Of a stretch of 16,547 nt of DNA, positions 7,000 to 13,929 are shown piece after piece. Numbering within the stretch: the first letter of the stretch is position 1; the number at the start of each line of letters is the position of its first letter. The DNA comes from Thermoanaerobaculia bacterium (GTDB lineage Bacteria > Acidobacteriota > Thermoanaerobaculia > Multivoradales > UBA5704). The DNA lies in NCBI GenBank assembly GCA_044226625.1, contig JBGAGQ010000097.1:1-16547 (forward strand), read 5' to 3'. A program made the translations under genes and the position numbers. The notes beneath the pieces are model-generated. The model was not told where the DNA came from. It was given only the letters and a program-made list of their open reading frames with translations, and made no database searches.

Positions 7000-8990
7000 G
7001 CGGCGCCCGCCGTTTCGCGAAACATGCCCGGGGTATAGGCGGTGATCTTGCCGGTAAACGCCGAGGCCGCCACGGTGAGCGGCGAGGCGAGCCAGAGCTT
7101 GCCCGGGCCGGAGCGCCCCTTGTAGTTGCGGTTGATCGCCGAAATCGTCACCTGGTCGGCGGTCTCCGAAACGCCCGGGCCGCAGCCGATGCACGCGCCG
7201 CAGCCGGGCCGGATCAGCGTCACCCCCGCCTGCTCGAACGCCCGGTCGAGCCCCTGCTCGTGGACGAAGCGCTCGACCGCGATCGAGCCGCACTGGATCA
7301 GGAACCTGACGCCCGGCGCGACCTTGCGGCCGGCGTCGACCGCTTCCTTGACCACCTGATGGTAGAAGACCAGGTCGTCGATCTTCCCCGCCGTGCAGCT
7401 GCCGCCATACGCGATCTCGATCGGCACGGAGCCGAGCGCCTCGACCAGCTCGCCGTTCGTGGGATCGGACGGGATGCCGCGGTCGGGATCGCCCGGATGG
7501 GCCACCATCGGCCGGATCGAGGAGAGGTCGATCGTATGGACGCCCCCCGCGTACTCGGCCCCCGGATCGGGCGCCACGGCCTGCTGGCGCAGCCGCTCGA
7601 CGTCGGTCCCGGGCCGCCATTCGGCGATCCAGCGGACCGTCTCCTCGTCGGCGATCACGATCGCGGTGCGCGCCGCGCACTCGGTGGCCATGTTGGTGAG
7701 CGTCGCCCGCTCGTCCATCGAGAGCGACGCGACGCCCGGGCCGGTGAACTCCATCACGCGGTTGAGCGTCGCCTCGGGCTTCGCGTAATGGAGCAGGATG
7801 TAGAGCATCACATCCTTCGCGGTGACGCCGGGCGCGAGCCGGCCGGTGAGCTCGAAGCGGATCGACTCCGGCACCTCGACCTGGGTGAAGCCCGCGTGGA
7901 CGAGCCCCGCGTACTCGGTCGCCCCCACGCCCCAGGCGAGCGCGTTGTTGACGCCCCCCATGCAGGTGTGGCTGTCGGTCGCCTGAATGAAGTCCCCCGG
8001 CTCGATCAGCGCCTCGCGCGCTACCTCGTGGCAGATGCCCGGCGAGACCCCGTCGCGCGCCGAGAAATCGCGCACGCCGGTATGCCGCTGGAACTCGCGC
8101 TGCAGCTCGCGCAGCGTCTCGATCTTCCCCGCGAAGGCGCGCATCTTCGGCACCTCGTCGGCGTAGATCAGGTGATCTTCGAAGACGGCGAAGCGCTCCG
8201 GGTTCTGCACCTTGTAGTCGGCGCCGTACTCCTGCTCCAGGAAGTAATGGACCTGGGCGGTCGTGAACTCGTGGCTGTAGCCGCCGTCGACGCGGACGAT
8301 CACCGCGTCGCCGGGCTTCACGAACTTCTCGCCTTCTCCTAGCACCTTATGGGCGAGGATCTTCTCGGCCATGGTCATCGGGCGCGGCCCGGTGTCGGGT
8401 TTCGGCAGCTCGACCTCGCCGGCCGCGAGCGCCTTCGAGAACGGGAACAGCCCGCCGTGGCGGATCACCAGCTGGGTGATCGGGTCGTGCCCCTGGCAGA
8501 ACTCGTCGAGCGGAATCCCCTCCCCCGCCTCCAGCCGCAGGAGCATCGCGTGGTCGCCCATCAACACGCCCTGGTTCACGTTGTTGCCGGCGTGGATCGG
8601 AGCGAACGACGCGGCGATCGCGAGCCGGATGCCGCTCCACTTCTCCGCCTGGACAGCGGTCTCGCGCGAGCTGCCGACGCCTTTCCGGTAGCCCGAGACG
8701 ATGACCTCGAAATTCCCCTGGATCAGCGCGTCCTTCTCGAACAGCCGCTTGCCGTCGACGATCAGCCCGGCATACGCGTCGCGCGCGAGGTCCTCCGGCC
8801 GATGGGAAAAGCAGACCCAGGCGGGGGTCATCGCATCCGTATTGATGTCGTCGAGCAGGTCGCCGACCGAAAGGTCGGCCATCTTCAGATCCAGCTCGCC
8901 CGCAAGCTGACGGCGGATCAAGTCGGGGTCTTTGGTCAGATACAGCACCCTCTTGCCGGGTGAGAGGCGAAAGGTGTCGGCTGGCTTCAT
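6996..8990 (-). CDS. Aconitase-family [4Fe-4S] hydro-lyase, small-subunit (LeuD-like) domain fused N-terminal to the large-subunit (LeuC-like) domain, 664 aa
   Basis: N-terminal DDINTD and GVGSSRE swivel-domain motifs, then PMTMAEKIL, DH, GICHE, DSHTC, GSCT, PGCGACIG, NRNYKGRSG, LASP. ATG at 8990 has a GAGGA RBS. Confidence 0.9.
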   Translation of the reverse strand: MKPADTFRLSPGKRVLYLTKDPDLIRRQLAGELDLKMADLSVGDLLDDINTDAMTPAWVCFSHRPEDLARDAYAGLIVDGKRLFEKDALIQGNFEVIVSGYRKGVGSSRETAVQAEKWSGIRLAIAASFAPIHAGNNVNQGVLMGDHAMLLRLEAGEGIPLDEFCQGHDPITQLVIRHGGLFPFSKALAAGEVELPKPDTGPRPMTMAEKILAHKVLGEGEKFVKPGDAVIVRVDGGYSHEFTTAQVHYFLEQEYGADYKVQNPERFAVFEDHLIYADEVPKMRAFAGKIETLRELQREFQRHTGVRDFSARDGVSPGICHEVAREALIEPGDFIQATDSHTCMGGVNNALAWGVGATEYAGLVHAGFTQVEVPESIRFELTGRLAPGVTAKDVMLYILLHYAKPEATLNRVMEFTGPGVASLSMDERATLTNMATECAARTAIVIADEETVRWIAEWRPGTDVERLRQQAVAPDPGAEYAGGVHTIDLSSIRPMVAHPGDPDRGIPSDPTNGELVEALGSVPIEIAYGGSCTAGKIDDLVFYHQVVKEAVDAGRKVAPGVRFLIQCGSIAVERFVHEQGLDRAFEQAGVTLIRPGCGACIGCGPGVSETADQVTISAINRNYKGRSGPGKLWLASPLTVAASAFTGKITAYTPGMFRETAGAA

Positions 8991-9033
8991 CGGTTCCTCG
9001 TGGAAGGGGTCCGGCGGATCGTGGGTCGGGGGC

Positions 9034-9039
9034 ATTCTA
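9034..9039 (-). promoter_or_regulatory. Candidate -10 element (TAGAAT) for the aconitase-rhomboid operon
   Basis: Minus-strand TAGAAT about 45 nt upstream of the ATG at 8990; no convincing -35 seen. Confidence 0.35.
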
Positions 9040-9135
9040 TCGCCGACAAGGGCCGGCCGGGTCCGGCCTGAGCCCCTCGACCGTTTTCCGACCAGGGAAT
9101 TGGCCCGTCAAGGTAAGAGCGCCGAAGAAGCGGAT

Positions 9136-9222
9136 CCTGGGACCGCCGGCGGCCTCGCCGGCATCGACGAGGAGCGAACGCCCGACGCTTCGAAGGCCGG
9201 CGGGGACGCCGGCGCTCCCAGG
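9136..9222. repeat. Inverted pair of REP-like palindromic units (REPIN-like)
   Basis: 9136-9162 CCTGGGACCGCCGGCGGCCTCGCCGGC and the reverse complement of 9196-9222 CCTGGGAGCGCCGGCGTCCCCGCCGGC match at 24/27; each unit has its own GCCGGCG-N4-CGCCGGC hairpin. Confidence 0.65.
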
Positions 9223-9316
9223 GACGTGGGCTTGGACGGTCTGGCCTACGGCGTTACGGCTCGACCGGCTAGGCGTTCGTTGCCGAGCTGGTGCTCGGCG
9301 GTCCCGGAGAAAAAGC

Positions 9317-12250
9317 TCACGACGCCAACGCTGCCTCGGCGTCCTCCAGCTCCCCCAACCGCCTCCCGTAGCCGTGCTTCTCGATCAACCGGCGGGCCTC
9401 CGCCAGGGCCTCGCGGTCGCCGAACATCCGGCCGCGGTAGAGCGCGATGTCGGCGAGGAACAACGGCATCGGGCCGCGCTCGGCGATCTCCTGCGCCTCG
9501 GCCAGGTCGGCGCGGGTGGCTTCGGGGTTTCCCAATTCGAAATGCAGCCAGGATCGGGTGAGAAGACCCCCAGCGATGAATTCGAGAGCGCCCGCGCGGC
9601 GGAGGCCGTCCAGGGCCAACTCGATCTCGGCTTTCGCGGCGGCTGGGTCCGAGCCTTCCAGGCTCGATCGATAGAGCGTGGCGCGGCCGAGGGTCAGTTG
9701 GTCGAGGGCGATGTCGAGAAGCCAATGATTGTTCCGCGCAAACTCAATCGCGTAGGCCGCCCGCTCCTCGACCTCGCGGATCGCCTCGAAGTGCTCCGCC
9801 CCCGCCGCTTCCGCTCCCCCTTTCCGACCCGCCGCACGCTCGGCAGCGCCGAGCAGAAGGTCGCAGTACCGGAAGCCTCCGAGCGAGGAGAGCCGCGGGT
9901 ATTCCGGCTGAAACTCGGCCTGCATCCCCTCCGCCTCGGCGAAGAGCGTCCGCGACTCACCCACCCGGCCCAACTGGTGCAGCGCGTCGGCGCGGACCGT
10001 TCGGTCAGCCATCCGCTCGAAGGCATCCCCGCTCCGGTCGGCGAAGGTCACGGAGCGTGCCGCGTCCTCCGCGGACCGGGCGACCTCTCCCAGCGTCAGC
10101 TCCAGCTCGCTCAAGTTGGAGGCGCGGATCGCAGCGGATTTCCAGTTCTCCTGGGCGATTCCCATCTCGAGTCCCGCCCGCAACGGCTCCAGGGCCTCGG
10201 TCAGCCGGCCCAGGGCGCGCAGGCGGAAGGCGGCCGCGCTCAGCAGCCACGCCTGGGCGGCTTCGGAGAGGGCGGGCGAGACGCGGCCCCAGGGCGGATC
10301 GAAAAAGCAGGCCACGGCCCCTAGGTCGGCGCCAAAGGCTCCGAGCTTCTTCACGACGAACGCTTCGGCCCCGCGTGAAATGCGATCCAGGTAGATCCCG
10401 TCACACGCCTCCTGCTGCCGCCCCGCGTGGCAGCCGTGGGCGACGGCCTGGTAGAGCGGCTGGAGACCTTCGAGCGTGTCGGGCTGGTGAGGGGTCGAAT
10501 CCCGCAGGTGCTCGAATAGCCGCCCGTGCGCGGAGCGCCAGGATTCCGGGTTCTTCGTTTTGAGCTGCACGGCGAAGTAGTCGCGGACGAGCGGATGGGC
10601 GTCGAGGGTCTCGCCTTCGCTCGACGCCAGACCCCGCGCCGCGAGGCGCGAGACGGTGAGGTTCCATTTCGTCTCGGACATGCCGACGAGCGGACCGGTC
10701 AGACCCTGGATGGCCGGCTCCTTCCGCAGCGCGGCCAGACACTTCTTGTCCGCCGGCCGGTCGAACAGGCCAAGCAGCCGAAGCGCGGCAAGCTCGCGGG
10801 AGGCCTCGTCTTTTCCCTCGTTGACAAACCACCTTTCATAGGCCGCGATTACCCGGAACGCGTGACCGCCTTGCTCTTCTTGATCCGCCTCGTGGAGATC
10901 GACGAGATCGACTCTCCGAATGTCTCCCTCGAAGCCGTCTCGCAGGAAGGTGCCGAGAAGGCTCAAGGTAAGCGCGTGGCCTTGGACCTTCTCGACCACG
11001 GCTTCCTTCTCCTTCCTGTTCCCCTTAACCCCCAGCTTTTCGAGAAGATCCACCCCGGCGGCCGTGCTCAGGCGCTCCAGCTTCCACTCCGGCGCCGTCG
11101 TGGTCCGAAAGCGAGCGAGATCCTCGACACTTTCTCGCGTCGTCACCACACAGAGGCCGGGGTTGTTCCCAGCTAGGCCCCGAAGAAGAGCAGCCACGCC
11201 AGGATCTTTCACCTGTCCGGCCGTCGCCTTCGGACCGGCGCTTGGATATTGGAGCGGTTCCAGACCGTCGAGGACCAAGAGCGCCTTCCGTCGCGCCACG
11301 AGCTCCGCCAACCTCGCGCCCTTCTCCCAGCCGGACATCGAACTGGCCGCGATCCTCTCGCCCTCCTCACCGCCGAAAAACCGAAGCGCCGCGTTCACGA
11401 ACGGCTCGCCGGAAGCCGAGCCCTCCTCCCTCGTCCCCTGGCTGTAAAACGACCAGTCGAAATAGTCCGACCCGCCGAGATCTTTCTCCGCCGCCCACTT
11501 GCCGACTAACGACGTTTTGCCGACGCCGCCCCAGGCGACGAGGGTGACCACGCGGACGTTTGGATTGGCCCACGCGACATCCAAGGCGGCGCATTCTTTC
11601 TCTCGGCCGATCAGCTCTTCGACGACGTGGGTCAGGCGGGTGGGGGCGGCCTTCCGCTGTATTTCGACGACCTTGGGCTCGGCGGAAAGGGTGTTGAAAA
11701 TCGTAACGTTTCCCAAGACGCTCCCGCCGATCGCGGCTCCACCCGGTCCGGCAGAAACAGTCGTCGAACTTACTTCCTGCGGCGCACTTTGAGTTCGCCA
11801 GATCGAAGGCCAATACTTCGGTCCAAGCCGACGAAGCAGCTCCGGTCGCGCCTTGATCGCTTCCCAGATCTCGTCCCATGACCAGACTGCAACTCGGAAC
11901 CCACCGTCGCTGATCTGCCGTGCCCGCTCCTGGACAGCTTGAGCACGCGGGCCGGTCGTGGCGACGATGAAAAAACTCAACGAGGGAGAAAAGCCGCGGG
12001 CCTTTCCGACTTCTTTCTCCAGCTCATCCACGGTGAGCTTCGAGTCGACCTGCGCGCTCTTCTGTTTGCACTGGATACCAACCCAGCTCCCGCCGTCGCG
12101 CCCGTAGACGTCAACCCCGGCTTGCGGCTGGCCGGATCGGCCATTCTTCTGTGCGTCGCTTGTGGGACCCCAGATCTCTCGCCAGAGATCGAGGCAGAGC
12201 GACTCGAACTCGGAGGGATCCTCCAGCGGCGGCAAGGAATCGACGCTCAT
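9317..12250 (-). CDS. Mrr-like PD-(D/E)xK nuclease + STAND P-loop NTPase + TPR-like protein (Avs/NLR-like), about 977 aa
   Basis: N-terminal EFESLCLDLW...GRSGQPQAGVDVYG...GIQCKQK (D...QxK); Walker A AWGGVGKTS; Walker B LLVLDGLE; VVTTRE; GHALTL (GxP-equivalent); LDAHPLVR (MHD-like); C-terminal helical repeats (LRALGRLTEA, LTLGEVARS, LHQLGRVGES). Start at MSVDSL chosen; the ORF is open to 12316. Confidence 0.85.
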   Translation of the reverse strand: MSVDSLPPLEDPSEFESLCLDLWREIWGPTSDAQKNGRSGQPQAGVDVYGRDGGSWVGIQCKQKSAQVDSKLTVDELEKEVGKARGFSPSLSFFIVATTGPRAQAVQERARQISDGGFRVAVWSWDEIWEAIKARPELLRRLGPKYWPSIWRTQSAPQEVSSTTVSAGPGGAAIGGSVLGNVTIFNTLSAEPKVVEIQRKAAPTRLTHVVEELIGREKECAALDVAWANPNVRVVTLVAWGGVGKTSLVGKWAAEKDLGGSDYFDWSFYSQGTREEGSASGEPFVNAALRFFGGEEGERIAASSMSGWEKGARLAELVARRKALLVLDGLEPLQYPSAGPKATAGQVKDPGVAALLRGLAGNNPGLCVVTTRESVEDLARFRTTTAPEWKLERLSTAAGVDLLEKLGVKGNRKEKEAVVEKVQGHALTLSLLGTFLRDGFEGDIRRVDLVDLHEADQEEQGGHAFRVIAAYERWFVNEGKDEASRELAALRLLGLFDRPADKKCLAALRKEPAIQGLTGPLVGMSETKWNLTVSRLAARGLASSEGETLDAHPLVRDYFAVQLKTKNPESWRSAHGRLFEHLRDSTPHQPDTLEGLQPLYQAVAHGCHAGRQQEACDGIYLDRISRGAEAFVVKKLGAFGADLGAVACFFDPPWGRVSPALSEAAQAWLLSAAAFRLRALGRLTEALEPLRAGLEMGIAQENWKSAAIRASNLSELELTLGEVARSAEDAARSVTFADRSGDAFERMADRTVRADALHQLGRVGESRTLFAEAEGMQAEFQPEYPRLSSLGGFRYCDLLLGAAERAAGRKGGAEAAGAEHFEAIREVEERAAYAIEFARNNHWLLDIALDQLTLGRATLYRSSLEGSDPAAAKAEIELALDGLRRAGALEFIAGGLLTRSWLHFELGNPEATRADLAEAQEIAERGPMPLFLADIALYRGRMFGDREALAEARRLIEKHGYGRRLGELEDAEAALAS

Positions 12251-12320
12251 CTCGCACGTTTCCGGAAACAGCGCAAAGCGTAACACTGTGAAGACCCGAA
12301 CGTCGGGCGACGGCAACGCC

Positions 12321-12326
12321 TATAAT
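12321..12326 (+). promoter_or_regulatory. Consensus -10 (TATAAT) positioned for a leaderless transcript
   Basis: TATAAT-CCGGAC-ATG: 6 nt between the hexamer and the MNT start codon, leaving no room for a Shine-Dalgarno sequence. Confidence 0.65.
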
Positions 12327-12332
12327 CCGGAC

Positions 12333-12659
12333 ATGGCGCCATCACAAGCTCTGTCTCGCCTGGGTGCTTCGACCTCCGAGCTCAACGCCTTCTGCCAACG
12401 GTGGGACGTCGAGACGCTGGAGCTGTTCGGCTCCGCCCTTCGCGCCGATTTTGGACCGGCAAGCGACGTCGATCTCCTCGTTCGGTTTCGCGGCGGCGCG
12501 CCCTGGAGCCTGTTCGAGATCTACGACATGGAGCGCGAGCTGGAGGCGATCTTCCGCCGGCCCGTCGATCTCGTCGAACGGCGCGCGGTTGAAAAGAGCC
12601 GAAACGCGTTTCGGCGCGACGAGATCCTCCGCGACGCCGCCCTGCTTTATGCAGCGTGA
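12333..12659 (+). CDS. Minimal nucleotidyltransferase (MntA-type antitoxin of a HEPN/MNT module), 108 aa
   Basis: FCQRWDVETLELFGSALRADFGPASDVDLLV (GS-x10-DxD), ELEAIFRRPVDLV, NAFRRDEIL, LLYAA are all typical MNT-family features. Confidence 0.9.
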   Translation: MAPSQALSRLGASTSELNAFCQRWDVETLELFGSALRADFGPASDVDLLVRFRGGAPWSLFEIYDMERELEAIFRRPVDLVERRAVEKSRNAFRRDEILRDAALLYAA

Positions 12660-12735
12660 CCTGGCCTACGTGAACGACATCGCTCTCTCGGGGTGCCGCG
12701 GCACCCTACATCAGGTGGGTCCGAGAAAACGATAG
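12649..12735 (+). pseudogene. Truncated HEPN (DUF86/HepT-type) toxin remnant
   Basis: ATG overlaps the MNT 3' end; MQRDLAYVNDI resembles the typical DUF86 N-terminus; the frame stops after 28 aa with no R-x4-6-H motif. Confidence 0.65.
12691..12706. repeat. Perfect 16-bp palindrome GGGTGCCGCGGCACCC
   Basis: Self reverse-complementary; sits where the HEPN-like sequence ends. Confidence 0.8.
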
Positions 12736-12831
12736 TTTTCCGGGAACTTTCTTTTTCGTGGGCAGATCGGGACCTCAGGGGGCGATCGGGGAGGAAATAA
12801 AGAGGCTCGCCAAAAACTATCGTTTTCTCGG
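12721..12831. repeat. Perfect 19-bp inverted repeat with 73-nt spacer (MITE-like or long hairpin)
   Basis: CCGAGAAAACGATAGTTTT (12721-12739) and AAAACTATCGTTTTCTCGG (12813-12831) are exact reverse complements and AT-rich in a GC-rich context. Confidence 0.85.
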
Positions 12832-12888
12832 GGGCACCGGGTGTATGGTTCCGGCGTTCCTCTCCGGTTGGCCGCTTCACCCGTCCAT

Positions 12889-13189
12889 GACCACCGCTGT
12901 TCTGCTGCGCGTAAGCGGTGGCTCCGGGCAGATCTTCGGTTGGCGGCTCCAGATCACTGGTGAACCGGACCGGATCACCAGTGGCCTGCTCCGGCCCACC
13001 GGTGTTCACGTTCAGATCACTGCTTGCGCGGGCGGGACCACTACCGATCTCGTCCGGATCACTGGTGGCGCCGTCCGAATCAGCACCTATCGGGGCCGGA
13101 CCACCTCTGGCCGGATCCCGATCAGCGGTGGCCCGCTCTCGATTACCGGTGATCTCGGCCCGATCACTGGTCGTCCGAACGGGACCCAC
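12889..13189. repeat. Degenerate tandem array of 21-bp units, consensus roughly GATCACYGGTG-N-rich-CCG
   Basis: GATC/GACC-type unit starts at 12889, (12910), 12931, 12952, 12973, 12994, 13015, 13036, 13057, 13078, 13099, 13120, 13141, 13162, 13183, exactly 21 apart. Confidence 0.85.
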
Positions 13190-13190
13190 C

Positions 13191-13232
13191 GAAAAGCGAA
13201 GCACCGCCCCGTCGGGTTGGACGGAGCGGTGC
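13191..13232 (-). terminator. Intrinsic terminator of the small exported-protein gene
   Basis: Minus strand GCACCGCTCCGTC-CAACCC-GACGGGGCGGTGC (13-bp stem, one U.G pair) followed by TTCGCTTTTC, about 50 nt after the stop at 13284. Confidence 0.65.
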
Positions 13233-13283
13233 GGATCGAGGCGAGCTTTCCGGAGGATCTCGCTGGGCGCGTAGGAGTGGGGC

Positions 13284-13646
13284 CTACGCGTGGCCGAGGA
13301 GCGCGACGTCGGTCGCGGTCATCGAGGTGCCCTGGGTGGTGTAGCTGACCTCGACCTTTTCTCCGACCTTGAGGTCGCTGACCGACGCCGACTTGCCGTG
13401 GGAGGTGATCTTCGCGCCGGCGAGGGAGAAGGTGTCGGTGCCCTTCTTGGTCTCGACCACCAGCGTCGAGGACGTGGCGTTGACGGAGGTGATCTTGCCG
13501 ATCGCCTTGCCTGTCGTCGCCTTGGCCGTGGTGGCCGCGGTGGTGGCGAGCGGATGGCTCGCGGGAGCGGTGGTCGCGGCGAAGGTGGGCAGCGCCAGGG
13601 CGGTCAGGGCGAGGGCGGCGGCGTAGGTGAAAACCTTTTTCAACAT
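13284..13646 (-). CDS. Small exported OB-fold-like protein (DUF5666/CusF-like pattern), 120 aa
   Basis: Signal peptide MLKKVFTYAAALALTALALPTFA, Ala/Thr linker, then GKITSVNATSSTLVV...SDLKVGEKVEVSY...ATDV; AAAGGGAG RBS 6 nt before ATG 13646; strong GC3 codon bias. Confidence 0.82.
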   Translation of the reverse strand: MLKKVFTYAAALALTALALPTFAATTAPASHPLATTAATTAKATTGKAIGKITSVNATSSTLVVETKKGTDTFSLAGAKITSHGKSASVSDLKVGEKVEVSYTTQGTSMTATDVALLGHA

Positions 13647-13722
13647 GGGCATCTCCCTTTCTTTATGTCGTTCTCGGGCTTTCGGAAGCCCGTCCCGGTC
13701 ATCGGCCGGCGACCACCGAAAG

Positions 13723-13738
13723 AGCATGGGTCGTGCCA
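13723..13738 (-). promoter_or_regulatory. Sigma-54 (-24/-12) promoter
   Basis: Minus strand TGGCACGACCCATGCT = TGGCACG-N4-(A)TGC with exact GG-N10-GC spacing, about 77 nt upstream of ATG 13646, next to a GAFTGA activator gene. Confidence 0.8.
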
Positions 13739-13871
13739 GGCCGGGCCTCCGAGGGGAGCGTGGGTCGTTCGCCCGGAAACCATGCGCCGAGGCCGTTTTC
13801 GAGCGTTGGCGGCCGCGCGACCGAACATGTTGGCGCGCCATCGTGCCGCGGTGCGTTCGGCCGGGGTGCAC

Positions 13872-13880
13872 TGCTACCAT
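13872..13880 (+). promoter_or_regulatory. Candidate extended -10 (TGC-TACCAT) for the two-component operon
   Basis: TGn + TAnnnT about 50 nt upstream of ATG 13930. Confidence 0.4.
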
Positions 13881-13929
13881 CGGATTCGGCGAGGGTACGC
13901 TCGCCGCGGAGGTCCTTCGAAAAAACGCC

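Noticed and set aside
7000-7680. 508-aa N-terminally extended rhomboid ORF
   Set aside because: The extension lies in an alternative frame of the aconitase gene; the TTGA-coupled start at 6999 is more plausible.
8932-10324. ORFs 8932..9561 (+) and 8960..10324 (+)
   Set aside because: Antisense to the STAND gene and crossing the REP-like intergenic region; no domain signal.
12889-13189. CRISPR array interpretation of the 21-bp periodic region
   Set aside because: The period is far too short, there are no identical repeats or 25-45 nt unique spacers, and no cas genes are present.
12647-13348. ORFs 12647..13204 (-), 12758..13348 (+) and 12918..13274 (+) as genes
   Set aside because: No recognisable domain or clear RBS, they overlap each other and neighbouring genes, and the minus ORF starts inside a terminator. 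Left uncalled, though coding is not fully excluded.
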